Below, piece after piece: positions 26,901 to 39,736 of a stretch of DNA of 64,000 nt. The first letter of the stretch is position 1. Each line of letters starts with the position of its first letter. The stretch spans positions 54,064,001-54,128,000 of the forward strand of contig NC_043014.1 in the NCBI RefSeq assembly GCF_006345805.1. Direction: 5' to 3'. The position numbers and the translations under genes are program-made. The notes beneath the pieces were generated by a model. That model was not told the origin of the DNA and ran no database searches. It worked only from the letters and a program-made list of their open reading frames with translations. Origin of the DNA: Octopus sinensis. Lineage: Eukaryota.

Positions 26901-29900
26901 TTCACACAATGACTATGATGGATCTAGACACCCCACCCACCTACCCACTTTGGTAGTGAAGGTCATTTAATGTGTTAACAGGAACTTAACTATTTTTCCC
27001 TGTGCAGATGGCATCTCTGAGTTATATTTGCTAAACCAGCTTTTTTAGTACAGGTATTATTCATCCTGTTCCTTTCATAATCCACACCAAGATAAGCTGT
27101 TTAGAACCTCTTAACTTGATACGACAGACTGTTTGGTTTCTTCTACCTGAGTACCCCCACCCCATTCCAGAGACCCTTGCGCCTATTATTTTGGGTTATC
27201 CATCTTACATAAAGCAGTCTTTAATCTAAAATAATTCTCGCAGCCAACCACAGTAGAGGCTAGATTTAAATTAATAGATTAGTAACGAAACCCAACAATT
27301 TAACATAAATCTCTTTGAAGATGAACAAAGTTTTAAAGGTTTTTATTATTTCCTCAAGTTTATTCTGAGGAGAGATCTCTCTCTTTGTTTTTGGATGTGG
27401 AATCGGTCCACCACAGAATATATTCCTGACGATCTGGTTGCACAGCGAAATTGCCGTGAAGAATGGAATAGCCAGACTCTTGGACAGTCCTTCTTCAGGG
27501 TTAAGATGACAGGAGAGAATAAGGAAAGATAGCAGAGTTCTACATTCTCTCAGTTTGGTCGTCTTGTCAGAAAACAAAGAACTGAATACACCGACTCCAT
27601 TTCTAAAAGTCATTGCCCTCAATACTAATTCCTGTGCTTTAGACGAGGGATGTTTGTCTTGCAAGCTGCTTGGTGACCTCACTGATGCTGGTGCCAGATA
27701 AAAAGCACCCAGTCATCATCATCATTGTTTAACGTCCGTTTTCCATACCAGCATGGCTTGGACGGTTTGACTGAGGTCTGGAAAGCCAGAAGGCTGCACC
27801 AGGCTCCAATCTGATCTGGCAATGTTTCTACAGCTGGATGCCCTTCCTAACACCAACCACTCTGAGAATGCAGTGGCTGCTTTTCACGTGCCACCTAGGC
27901 GGCCCTGGCATCAATCACGTTTGGAAAATGCTTTTTACATGCCACTGGCACAGGAGCCAGTCAGGTGGCACTGGCATCGATCATGTTCGGATGGTGCTTT
28001 TTACATGCCACCACTCTGTAAAATGATTGCAGTAGGAAGGGTGTCCAGCTGTAGAAACCATACCAAAAGGAGACAGTAGGGCTCGGGGCAGTCTTCTGGC
28101 CACTTCCTGCCAAACTGTTCAACCCATGCCAGCATAGGAAACAGGTATTAAATGATGATGAAGATGATGATATATATTAAGATGTCACTTAGGTGTAGAA
28201 GTACTAATAACATGCTGTTAGAACTCAATGTACACATGTGTGTGTGTGTCTGTGTTTATATAGGTCTGGAAAAGAAAAAAAAAACTAGTTGATTATGTCA
28301 TTTGCCTTTATCTCCTGTTGACTTAGCAGATCAGCAAATTAGGGAATAATAAAATAAGTACAGCATTTAACATGAGTGCCTAAAAGCTGGACAGCAATGC
28401 TCCAGCATGGCAGCAGTTCAATGAGAAAAACTAAGAACTGAGAGGCAATTGCTATTTTACTTGCCATTTGAACTAAGGACCTCAGAGCTCACCTACTTCC
28501 CACCCCCCTAACCCCACAGTGTAATTAACAGGAAATGCTTCTAATTACTTACCTCCACTGACAAGCTCATCTTCGATGAAGACCAGAGAGTTGACATCAT
28601 GGGACTGGAAGCTCTTGGCAAAAGACTGAACCCATTTACTCTGTCCACGAGCAGCAAGAGCGGCCCCAAACTTGCCCTTTAACTTTTTAGCAGGTAAACC
28701 ATCCATCTCTTCTGACAGGAGCTCAAACCAAATAAGTTTTGGGTCGACACCACTGCAAACCACAGTTTTCTCATCCTGCAACAGAACCGTTAATCATTAT
28801 TAGTCATCATACTTCAATCATTAATCCAATAAAGATGTCTTTAGACAGCCACTTGATATGCTAGCAATAGCAACTAAATTGTTCTCAAATCAAATTTTTA
28901 CCATCTTAGGAACCCTAATTTAATCTCAGGTGGATAAAAATTAGAAAGGTCAGTCAGAGAACCAAACCAATAATGGCATGCAATGGGAATGAACACTGAA
29001 TTCTCACTAAAAATTCAAGAAGCTATTTTTATCTAAGTTATTTCAAATTTCCAAAAGAATATTTGCCCAAACTCCAACAACATAACCCCTCTTAATACCA
29101 ACCCAGCCCCTGATTCTATGGTATAAACTTCCCATTTTAAAGTGATCTAAATCAAAATCTTTCATTAAAATTATTAATTATCTTCCAAACATCAATGCAA
29201 TAACAACAATGTTATTTTCACGAAATTCTTCATTTTCAAAATCAACTGAAACAGAGAGTGTTTGGCAACAGAAAGAAAAGAGGAGGCAAAAAAACATAGA
29301 AATAACTCACCTCGCTGACAGCTAAACACAGAATGTCCGCCCTGTGGCTAAAGAAACTCTGGAAAGAAACAGAACAGAAAATAAGTCTATAAGATGTTGT
29401 GATGTTCATGCCTTTCCCATAGACATGAGAATAAGAAATATAACAATTCCAGATGGAAATTAAAATCAGAGTTAGATGGGGTTATTCAGAGTGTGAAGAA
29501 TTATGAAATGAGATGAGGATGACAACAGCTGAGAAATTGTGTCTGAGAGAAACAAAGGATTCGGTCACATTCATGCTTTTCTTAAAAATCATTAACAATG
29601 GCTACGAACATGGCCATGTGGATAAGAAGTTTACTTTACAGCCACATGGTTCTGGGTTCAGTCCCTTGATGTCACTCTGTGTTGAGTAATACCTTGCGAG
29701 TGGAATTTGGTAGACAGAAATTGTATGGAAATTCATAATGTGTATGTGAGTGTGTGAGTGTGTAAATATTTTGGTCATGGAACCAAGCTCCTGGTCATTA
29801 TTCTTGCCATTATAAATGTTGCTATGAACCAGTGATTGACTCATGGGAAAACCTGTCATTAACAACATTATCAATCACAAAATGCAACATAAAATAAATG

Positions 29901-32900
29901 AACAATAAAGAATAAAAAAAAAAAACAGATAAATCAATTCCAATATTGCTCTCACCAGACTTGAAACCAAGTCATGCAAGGGGGGGGGGGTCGGTTGTTT
30001 GTCTCTCCTCAAATCATTACATTCATAGACATGTCTACCATATGTCCACATTTACCTAAAACAGTTTCACATGAACCAATATGGGAGACATAGTCATTTT
30101 CCTAACTAGAAATAACAGCCAAATCACATGTTACTGTTTTAAAATATAATTGGAAGGACACATTGGAAAATGTAGTTCAAGGGTTGGTCATAGCTGGAAT
30201 GTCTCTGGTTCAGGTTTGACCCTGTTCTATCAAGTCAGACCTGCAGCTAAACAACACCAACAAGAACAACACAAAATAACAATGATGATGGAGTTGCTTA
30301 GTAAAGAATTTTACCATTAATTCTGTGCCGTATTTGCCATCCCAGAATGTAATTCTGCCCTGCGAATCCCCACTGACCACAGTCAAATTGCTACAAGAGA
30401 GAAAAAAAAACAAAACAAAAGTCAAAAACTGGTTGGAATTTAGAAACAACACAAAAAGAACAAGAAAAGAAAAATGTTGCCATTACAAGTCAACTTTAGT
30501 ATTTAAGTATCACACACACACACAGACAGACATCTACAGGGTGTCCCAAAAGTAAGCCCTGGTTTTAAAATCTTTATTATCATTGTAGAAACTGATTGTT
30601 TAAAGTATTTCATTGCATTTTACAATTGGAGGTCACTTTTGGAACTCTGTGCATGCGTATGTGTTTGTGGAGGATCACGTTTGACTCTGAGGAAATATTG
30701 TTTTGTTTGGAAACAGGTGAGGGCTTGTGACAGGAAGAGCACCAGGCCTTTAAGAAATCTGCCCCCAACAAATTCCAGCTAATTCATGCAAACGTGGAAT
30801 ATTGGATGCTTGTCAAGGAAATTACATAATGCTTGGAACATGTGACTGGATTATGAAACAAACTGGGGGCAGACAGTTTCACACAACCCTTTATTTTTCA
30901 TTCATTTCATGCCTGTATTTCATGTTAGCATGAGTTAGATGAGTAAGTTGTTGAGGCATCGTTTTACAACCAGATACCTTTCCTGTTTTTCAAGTAATGG
31001 ACCTCTTATTTCACTTGTCTTCAAAAGCATGAAACAAATAAACGATCTGTTGACAGAGAAGTGACAACAACAACAACAACAACAACAATAACAACAACAC
31101 TGTTCATAGCAACTTTTGTAGAGCACACACACATGGAGGTCTGGTTGTATGGTTAAGAAATTCACTTCCCAACCATGTGCCATGCAGTTCCAATGCATGG
31201 CACCTACAGCAAATGTCTTCTGAAGCTAAAAGCCTTGCGAGTGGATTTGGCAGGAGGAAACTGAAAGAAGCCCACTGTACATCTCATCTTGGTATCGTAT
31301 GATAGCTGTAAACAAGTGTCACTGTTGTACAAGCAGTGTCATTCAATTCCAACCGTCTATAAAATCATGACTGGCCACAGAGAGGAAATATTACCTTAGA
31401 AACAGGTAAGGGTCAGCAATCCCTTGACTATTGCAGGTGTTACATTCCAAAACCTCCCACAGCAATAATTAAAATCTAAAAAATATAAATACCAATTGTC
31501 CGCAGAAACCCACGATATACTGAGGAATCCATGATATGAATTTATATATATTAGCCAGAAAAATCCGTGATGTGCTGAGTGCACGATAAGTGAACCGCGA
31601 TATGGCAAGGGGTTACTGTACACCTACCTGTAGAGAATCTGCCTCAATGAATTCCATCTGACCCATGCATAGAAAAGTGGATGTCAAAATGACAACAACA
31701 GGCTTCTTTCAGTTTCCTTCTAATAAATCCATTCACAAGGTTTTAATCAGCCCAGGGTTATCATAGAAGACATTTGCCCAAAGTGCCACACAGTGGAACT
31801 GAACCTGGCACCATGTGGTTCAGAAGCAGACTTCTCAACTAAACAGCCATTTGTGTCTCTTACGGCTGTTTGAAAGCAAACAGAATTTAGTTGAAGACAG
31901 AAGCCAATCTCTGAGACAGAATCGGATTCTGAACCCAGGAAGAATTATTCAATTAAATTAAGTGAATCATAATCTGATAAGTTTACAAAGAACAGAAGAA
32001 TACGATGCAAAGAGACTGACGCTAAAATTTTGATGCACCAAACAATGGTCTGTTTCTGTTTGTGTCTCTTCATGGTGAACCTCTCCACTGCAATTCCTGA
32101 ATTGGCATTCCACACACGAATATTATCAATTCCACCAGTGACGATGATTTCTTCAGCTTGGTGCCAATCCAAACAAAGAATTCGACCTGAAATAAACCAA
32201 ACAGAACATCTGCTATGTTATTGCAATTGCATTTAGTTGTCCTTAATTAATTAATTAATTAATTAATCAATCTAACATTGTGAGGTCAATCTCTATGACT
32301 TTCTCAGTTTCTTCAATATCATAAATGGTAGATATCATTGCCAGAGGTTAATATGGTTCTTGGAGAAGGGGAAAAGGTCAAAAATACGTTTTTTTTCTTT
32401 TCTGATATATATTTCTTTACTGCCCACAAAGAGGCTAAACACAGAGGGGACAAACAAGGACAGACGAAGGGATTGAGTCGATTATATCGCCCCCAGTGCG
32501 AAACTGGTACTTTATTTATCGACCCCAAAAGGATGAAAGGCAAAGTCGACCTCGGCGGAATTTGAACTCAGAACGTAACGACAGACGAAATACCGCTAAG
32601 CATTTCGCCCGGCACGCTAACGAGTCTGCCAGCTCGCCACCTTAATCAAAGAAGAAATGGCAGCAGCATAGGTGACCATTTAGTGGATCACAGAGAATAT
32701 TGAAGGGAAGGTAAAAAGGAAATATTTCATCAGTTATTCCTCAGATAGGGGAACTGGTTTCAATGCCAATAAAGGGTATCTGAGGGCCAAATAATGGGGT
32801 TCAACCAGGCAACAGGTCAAGATTACAGTCACCAACGGGCTTCTGTGTTGTTCCTGTCCAGCCAGGCAGTGGTGGTGGTCACTTGCTCTACATTTCACAC

Positions 32901-35900
32901 ACACAAACGCCAGGCAAGAAATAAAATTCCCAACGAAGAAGAAGGAACCATGGATGGATGTACTGACCTTCCTGTTTGCTGAAGGTTTTCAGATAATTCA
33001 AGCAACCATCCTCCACATCGAATAAAACCACACAACCTCCGTCTGTGCCAACCTGGAACAAAAAAAAAAGAAAGAAAACCTTCAAGTACGAAATGTTATT
33101 TAGATGAGATTTGCTAGTAGTGAGAGAGGTAGCTGATACACTTGCTCAAGGTTTGATAGTTTATATCTTGCCACTCACATCATGTTGACTGAGCGGACCT
33201 TATGAAAAATAAAAAACCAATCCAGTTATGTGCACTCCTTATTTTCAGGGCTATGTTGGACCTTCATCAGCTGATTACTTCCCTGCCCCTGCTGCTCAAA
33301 AGGTGCAATCAAGTGGCATCGACAGATAGGAACTCCCTAAATAAATTATCTGTTTTTGACCATTTTGAGGAGAGAGAAAAGAGGAAGCTGTGACACGTTC
33401 CACATCGTTAATATTATAGGGTAGATTAAGGAAAACTCTATCCACTAGGCTTCTTTACAGTTTCCATTTACCAAATTTCACTTGGTCCAACCATGCAGTT
33501 GCAAAGAGGACTTCTAAACCAGACAGCCATGCCTACATCCATTATTTAGGTCAATCTTCTGGGTTTTAAGTTCAAATCCTGCCAGAGTCAATTGGCCATT
33601 ATTGTGGCGAAATAAAATAAGAAGCTGGCATGAACTGTGACCACACTCCACTCGGCTACATTGCTAAGCAACACATCATACTCCACTCAGCTACACTTTA
33701 TGAGCAAGTTTCTACAGAATTACTCAACCAACTAGAAACAGCAACTTTTTTAATCCTTTTGTTGCCATATTTCTGTTGAGATGCTCTCTTTTTCTTTCAA
33801 TTAATTTTAAATATAACAAAGAATTTAGTAAAATAACTTAGTTATGTGACTAAGGTTTGGTGGACGATTTTAATTCAAAACTTATGAAAACAAGACATTT
33901 GTACTACAGAGCCATGCTAGCATGGAAAACGGACGTTAAACGATGATGATGATGATGTAGCATAAAGTCTTCATTAATGGAGTGAAATGGCTAAAGTCAG
34001 AAATTAATATTCCAACTGGACAAAATATTATGATACAAATACCAAGCAGTGGCTCTCGTAGCTTCTCATCTTAACTGATAAGAAATTTTATCATGTACAT
34101 TGTTTTGTCATGGTATAAAAGATGGGCAACAACAAATATTCTGCTCAATACCACAGATTTGCTTGTCAGTTGTTTGACCTCAACCAGTTGAGCATGTCCC
34201 TTACAGGCTGATACGTGCATCTCTGATCATGAGCAGAAGTAGTGGGGGAGTATCATAACCATGTATTGAGAGAAATACCCTGGGGTTTGAATAATTCACC
34301 TCTGGAAACATGGGTGTTTCGTTCGTCATCCTTAAAGATCCCTTATTCAGGAACCTTTTGAGTAGAATTTTTGAAGGATACAGTATCCTGACAGAAAATA
34401 CACAAGGGGTTAACCCTCACTCTATACTGATAGAAGTTAACAGATATCTACTCACAGCAATCCGAGTATTTGAGTGATTTTTCACCGAACACCAAATTGG
34501 ACCAGCGTTGCAATGGGCTTTCGTCTAAAACAAAAGAAATCAGAGATTAAATTAATGAGAGCTGATATAGATTAATTAATATTAGCCAATGCGTACTTAC
34601 AGAGAGTGGTTAATATTAATTAAAGACAGCTTAATTAGATTGGTTGACATTAATGAGAGCCAACACTGTTTGACTGTTTTTCTCATTGTTCTTAACGTCC
34701 ACTTTTCTATGCCTGTATGGATCAGATGGAGTTTAGTGAAGCAGACCAGATGCTCTTCCTGTCACCAACTCTCACTCGCTTCCAAATAAGGTAATATTTT
34801 CCCATGTTTTAGCAGAATAATGGAAATGAATGATATTGCTTTTGTCTACAACCATAGCACGATATCAAGAGAACACACACACACAACGGAGAAGAAAGAA
34901 ACGAAGAGGAATTAAAACAAAGATGAGAGGTTAATGCCTTACTTTTGGTTCAAGTTTGACAAGATCATATTCTACAACTTCTCCGGAGCCTCCTGCGGAA
35001 AACAGTCGATTGGAAACCCAGATGATCGTTTCAACCGGACGGTCAATGTCACCGGGAATCACCTGGAAGAAAGAATCAGCACAAACAATTTAATCAGGTT
35101 TCAAAAAGTAAAGAACAGAGATTTGTTACTGTTGGCTGATTGCAAGCCATTACCTGTCTCCAGGTGTTACCTGGAGGAAAGGGACAGTGCCCAAGACCCA
35201 TGGGGTGGGGGTCTCCCAGGTTGGTGAGATTGGTACCATTAATGTTCCAAATGTATATCAACAGCTGCAGGAAAGAGCAGGGAGGGAATTCCAGAGGGAT
35301 GACATTTTGGGAGGGAATGATTGGGTTATAGTGATTAGTGTAGGGCCTGGTGGGATTGGACACAACATGAATGATAAGAAAAGAGATGAGTGGGTGACGA
35401 ATGTCTGAGAGAAAATGGTGTGAGTGGCATGAGGTAGCTTTGAAAGGTAGAGACCATTAGGGGTGGCTGTAGAAAATGGTATTGTTACAGTTTAATATGG
35501 TTTATTTAAAAAAAAAGACATCAGAATAATATAACAGAGAAATAAATGTGGTGGTTTGCTTGAAGCATTGTGAATGAGATGCTGAAAGAGTTGGGAGGCC
35601 AAACAATGCAAAATGGACCCTAATTGTTGCTAGTGTCGGTCTTTTAGGTGCCCAATATTTCAGGACCTAAAAGTCCCTTCATCAGGGTTTAAGGAATTAT
35701 TTCAGCATCATATAGTATAATAGAGATTTTGTTGCCGATTTAGGTTTTCATATTTAATAATATGAAGAGACGAAGTGACAGAGATAGGTGTGTATATAAG
35801 GAGAGAGAAGCAAAAGGTGTCTTGATCAATATATAGATAAATAGCCTGACAGGTGGACATGTAGGAAGGACAGGTAAATGGGTGGATAAGCAGCTGGATA

Positions 35901-38089
35901 GGATAAACAACTGGCTACTTATCTAGCTAGCCACATGGACAAAAAGGTGGAGAGATAGATAGACAAGTGGTTAAGTAAACAGATAAATGGGGGTTCTGAG
36001 AAAAGAAAAGCTCATGGGCCCTGTTGCTTCTCTTTTGATTAAGCCATAAAGAATATTTTCCTTTAAATCACAAACCAAATACATTTCGTGGATGACTTCA
36101 AAGTCACTCTTAGTTCTTCCGCTGAGCTTTCCAAACCAAATATCTTTACATCTCAGACATTTCCCCTACGGAATAGGCAGAGTCATTCCAAGTTCTTCAG
36201 AGTTGACAGAATCATTAGCATTTCGGACAAAATGCTTGGCAGCATTTCTTCTGACCCTTTATGTTTCAGATCAAACACCACTAAGGGCCAACTCTGCCCT
36301 TCATCCTTTTTGGGGGGGTTAATAAAATAATAACCAGTTCAGTCCTGGGTTTGCTGTAATTCACTAATTTCCTTCCCCTAAAACTGCTGGCCTTGTGCCA
36401 AAATTCGAACCATTATTGTTTCTTCAGGGAAAGAGGAATTCTAAAATAATTTACCTTTTCTTTGTACCAGTTTCCAAGAATTTCTATGGAGCCATCAGTT
36501 CTGAAAAGAATGTGAGAAGATTTTATTTAATCAGTTATAAAAAAAGGTCAAAGGGTTTTTCTGGAAGTGGTTTGTTGTGAGTGTCCTTGGTGTTTCTTAT
36601 TCTTGTGCATCTGCCACAAACACTTTCTTTGTCCCATTCACCCCTTATGCGTCCTTACCTTGCACTGGTGACACTCTATGGAATTCCAACACCTTCCCCA
36701 CATACCAAGAGGGGCCATTTACCTGACAGGTGAGAATCCCATCTGTTTTCTTGCTAACTACAACTTTGGTCTTTACAAAGTCAACTTTTAAACCCTTTAA
36801 TTCCTGGTTTTGCTTTCACACCCGGAATTTCTTTTCTGATTCTACTATAAAAATGTGGTCATCAGCATAGAGTAGTTTCCAAGGGTAATCAGTCTTGAAC
36901 TCCCCTTTTATGGCCTGGAGAACTATGATTAATAGGAAGGGACTGAGTACTGAGCCCTGGCGAACTCCTACTTGTGCACTAAATTCATCCCTGTACCTAT
37001 GGCTGACACTCACCCCAAGGCAGCAACCCTCTACATAGCTTGTATGCCAGAACAATTGATCTGGTACTATATAAATATATATCTATCTATATAAGACAAA
37101 CTTCTTTCAGCTTCTATTAACCAAGTCTATTTGGCCAGGAGCATTGTAGAAGACTGAACCTGAGACCAAGTGGTTGGGAAGCAAACCTCTTGTGCTTTGA
37201 GTTGGATGGAAACCAATGCAAACCAGATAAAAAAAAAAATTGCTCTGACGGACTGACGTTCAACTGAATTATCTCCCTTTAGGCCAATGTTGCTCTTGCA
37301 TTTTTGAAGAAAATTATAAAGTAATTAGCAGTCGAAGGATTAAGGAAGGAGTTAATAAGATCACCTAAGATCCGTTGAAGGTGGTGCTCCAGCATGGCCA
37401 CATCTAAAGAGTAAAATCAATATAAGAAGAATGAAAAAATCCTTAAGTACCCCCCCATCTCCCTCCCTACCACTCCTATGCTTTGATCCATGATCCCTGA
37501 TCCACTTCCGTCCCTTTCCATTTAACCCCACCCACCCACCCACACTGATATTTCCCATCAAAGTGCATAGAGTGATGGGCTTCTTTCAGTTTCCTTCAAC
37601 CAAATCAACTCACAAAGGCTTTGGTCGGCTGAGGGCTGTAGCAGAAAGACACTTGCCCCCCAAGGTGCCACACATGGATGGGAAACAAACTTATGAACTA
37701 AACAGACACATCTGCAATTGTCGTTCATCACAACTGTAAAAACGAGCCTCCACTTGATCGCTCGATTCGCTAGAAATAGCAGCCAAATTCCATCAATTCA
37801 CATCTATCTTAGAAGTGTATTGAGTCCAAATAGACAATGCCTAAATAAAAGATGGGATGGCCAGAATGCTCTTGATTTACTGATCTGCTTGACTAGAGCT
37901 GACATGGGACAAAACAGCAACAAACACAAGCATTTTACATTTAACACACACACACACAGAAAGCTGAGAGTAATGAATAGTTTACCGTGATAAAGCCAGC
38001 TTTTTATTTAACTCATTGTAAGAGAAACACTGGATCCCCAGTACTTTGGGAGAGAAAAACCTGACTTGGTGAACTTTAAAGTCCCCCAT
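14836..38089 (-). CDS. UTP4: U3 snoRNA-associated protein 4 / cirhin, WD40 SSU processome t-UTP subunit; 18 coding exons, 2037 nt, 678 aa
   Basis: Starts [42 protein letters not shown] and ends VIVEKTP...[13 protein letters not shown]. Collinear with recalled human UTP4 (MGEFKVHRVRFF...KKKKFGT). All introns are GT-AG with consistent phases. Confidence 0.95.
16473..16565 (-). CDS. UTP4: UTP4 coding exon 17 (PFPNPK...[11 protein letters not shown])
   Basis: CTTCAG / GTAAGT. Confidence 0.9.
16696..16778. repeat. 28-bp minisatellite x3
   Basis: AGGGGTTTAGCTGCCAGGGAACTCCTTC head to tail. Confidence 0.9.
18566..18748 (-). CDS. UTP4: UTP4 coding exon 16 ([15 protein letters not shown]...[15 protein letters not shown])
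   Basis: CTTTAG / GTAAGT. Confidence 0.93.
20239..20334 (-). CDS. UTP4: UTP4 coding exon 15 ([19 protein letters not shown]...YSNMQ)
   Basis: TTGTAG / GTGAGT. Confidence 0.92.
20747..20853 (-). CDS. UTP4: UTP4 coding exon 14 ([21 protein letters not shown]...SGE)
   Basis: CACCAG / GTAAGA, phase 1-0. Confidence 0.9.
22331..22833 (-). mobile_element. SINE family C with (GAT)n tail and internal ~55-bp tandem units (copies e.g. 8255-8560, 13691-14000, 15618-15925, 17250-17690; opposite orientation 18940-19280, 23570-23828, 24968-25300, 38415-38688)
   Basis: Shared AGGAAGGGCATCCAGCTGTAGAAA core and AACCCATGCTAGCATGGAAAGCGGACGTTAAACGATGATG tail. Confidence 0.85.
22910..23084 (-). CDS. UTP4: UTP4 coding exon 13 ([11 protein letters not shown]...[18 protein letters not shown]...NPAK)
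   Basis: Frame fixed by homology; GTAAGT donor. The in-frame acceptor is GAGTCAG at 23085, not the stronger-looking CTACAG at 23102 (see findings). Confidence 0.8.
23394..23466. repeat. Perfect 25-bp inverted repeat, 23-nt loop
   Basis: GGGACTCCACCTACGACATATCCCT / AGGGATATGTCGTAGGTGGAGTCCC. Confidence 0.95.
24553..24710 (-). CDS. UTP4: UTP4 coding exon 12 (GDQEILTL...[16 protein letters not shown])
   Basis: TTTGCAG / GTGAGT, phase 1-0. Confidence 0.92.
25547..25646 (-). CDS. UTP4: UTP4 coding exon 11 ([27 protein letters not shown]...)
   Basis: TTTGTAG / GTAAGT, phase 0-1. Confidence 0.92.
26777..26844 (-). CDS. UTP4: UTP4 coding exon 10 ([23 protein letters not shown])
   Basis: TTCCAG / GTAAGT, phase 1-0. 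Confidence 0.87.
28553..28775 (-). CDS. UTP4: UTP4 coding exon 9 ([12 protein letters not shown]...SHDVNSL...LVSG)
   Basis: TTGCAG / GTAAGT, phase 0-1. Confidence 0.93.
29311..29358 (-). CDS. UTP4: UTP4 coding exon 8 ([16 protein letters not shown])
   Basis: TTTCCAG / GTGAGT. Confidence 0.9.
30315..30390 (-). CDS. UTP4: UTP4 coding exon 7 ([25 protein letters not shown])
   Basis: TTGTAG / GTAAAA, WD motif. Confidence 0.92.
31432..31621. mobile_element. Pogo/Tigger-like MITE remnant
   Basis: Right end reads TACAGTAACCCCTTGCCATATCGCGGTTCAC on the - strand; left end decayed. Confidence 0.45.
32021..32186 (-). CDS. UTP4: UTP4 coding exon 6 (GRILCLDWH...[10 protein letters not shown])
   Basis: TTTCAG / GTCAGT, phase 1-2. 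Confidence 0.92.
32410..32641 (-). mobile_element. SINE family B (copies also 43505-43731, 11111-11252, 41760-41909)
   Basis: GGCGAGCTGGCAGA...GAGTTCAAATTCCGCCGAGGTCGACTTTGCCTTTCATCC...GTAAAGAAATA recurs nearly verbatim. Confidence 0.85.
32968..33052 (-). CDS. UTP4: UTP4 coding exon 5 ([16 protein letters not shown]...FSKQE)
   Basis: TTCCAG / GTCAGT, phase 0-1. Confidence 0.92.
34456..34524 (-). CDS. UTP4: UTP4 coding exon 4 ([23 protein letters not shown])
   Basis: TTTTAG / GTGAGT. Confidence 0.9.
34943..35062 (-). CDS. UTP4: UTP4 coding exon 3 ([40 protein letters not shown])
   Basis: TTCCAG / GTAAGG. Confidence 0.92.
36455..36500 (-). CDS. UTP4: UTP4 coding exon 2 ([15 protein letters not shown])
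   Basis: TTTTCAG / GTAAAT, phase 2-0. Confidence 0.88.
36610..37050 (-). mobile_element. RT fragment of the same RTE LINE family (UTP4 intron)
   Basis: [21 protein letters not shown]...LLYADD, similar to 55300-55500. Confidence 0.85.
37986..38089 (-). CDS. UTP4: UTP4 coding exon 1 (exon acceptor at 38107)
   Basis: [12 protein letters not shown]...LALSR; GTAAAC donor, phase 2. Confidence 0.93.
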
Positions 38090-39736
38090 TTTGGGAAGGT
38101 TCCAATTCTGGAAAAGAAAACAAAAATATATATGCAGCACTGAGAAAACATTTGAATGAAAAATGTAAGCTTTCACTCTCTCCTCTAAGCCATCCTTCAT
38201 GGGGCACCAAACTGTTCTTAAAAACGCAGAGGGAAAATTGGAAAATGTAGTCGCAGCTACACATCATCATCATCATCATTTTAACATCCACTTATCCATG
38301 GGGTTGGATGGAACTTGCTGTGATGGAATATCTACAGCCAGATGTCCTTCTTGTAGCCAACCGTTACCAGTTTTCAAATAAGGTAATGCTTTTCTTTGGC
38401 CAAATATATTTGCACAGTGACCCTGACTGGCTCCCTTGCTGGTGGCACGTAAAAAACACCATCAAAATGTGGTCAATGCCACTGCCCTCTGATTGGCTCC
38501 CGTGCTGGTGGCATGTAAAAAGCATTCACTACACTCTCAGAGTGGTTGGTGTTATGAAGGGCATCCAACTGTAGAAACCTTGTCAGATCACATTGGAGCC
38601 TGGCGCAGCCTCCTGGCTTCCCAGACCCCAGTCAAACCGTCCAACCCATGCCAGCATGGAAAGCGGACGTTAAAGGATGATGATGATAAGATTGGAAATG
38701 AAAGACATCCCCTGTATGATGGTGACACCCATTTATACACTTCATCTTGTGATGTTAAAGGTAAGGAAGCAGTAACACACACAATATTGGAAAATAGAAC
38801 AGACAGGATTGCCACATCTGGAATGCTTTGATCATTGATCTGTTCAATCATGATTGACTTCAGATCAAACAACAACAACAACACTCTGGCCAATAAAGAA
38901 CTTTCATCACACTCACTTAGCTTGTTGGGGGTCAGACAGACAAATATGGTTTTACAAACCCTATATTGTTTTTAAAATACAAGGAGAGAGAATAAGGGAG
39001 AGCCAACAGTTTGAGGAGGAAGAAAGATCAGCTATGGTTGTTAGTGTGGGGCCAGACATGCAGAGTGAAGTGGCCAATTTGATTATTTTGGGAGATTGTG
39101 AAGTCTAGTAATGGAAAAGTTTGTGATGGTTTTTAGCCAATGAGTTGAGGGAGAAGAGTAAAGTGCTGTTGGTGAGTTTCCTTGACATGTGTGTTGTGAC
39201 TGTGTTTTGATGTTGTCGAATGAGATTTGAAAAGTTCCTTGCAGCAGGAACAAGGTTTTGGGGATCTTTGTTTATGGAAGTAGCAAAAGTTGGATGAGGG
39301 ACACATAAGTTGCATGTGTGAATGGCATTAAGGGTAATTGGGAAGGAATGTCAAGAAGTGAAGAGGTGTGTTTGTGGTTGAAAGTAACAGTGTAGAAACT
39401 GTGTGGGAAACATGGCAGACGGTAGGTTAATAGAAATTCGATCAGAGTTTCGTCAATGGACAACTGCAATGGAATGGTCCAACTGGAACTTGGAATCCAG
39501 GATATCAGGAAACACAGGAATTAAATAGGCAACTTTGCTGATGTCAAGAGTAAGACGTCTGTCAAAGTTCTGAAGAGTGAGAGAGTCTTTGTTAATTTGG
39601 ATCCATGGAATCTGCGCTGGTGATCAGTGAGGAAGCAAACAGACTCAATAGGATTACAAGAGATGATATTTTAAAACTGTCCCCATTCATTAACGAACCC
39701 TTACACAACACAACTGGTGGGTGGTGTTCCTCTTCA

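Noticed and set aside
14836-38089. Intronic C/D or H/ACA snoRNAs in UTP4
   Set aside because: No convincing box C/D pair with a terminal stem found by eye; an Infernal/snoscan search would be needed to exclude them.
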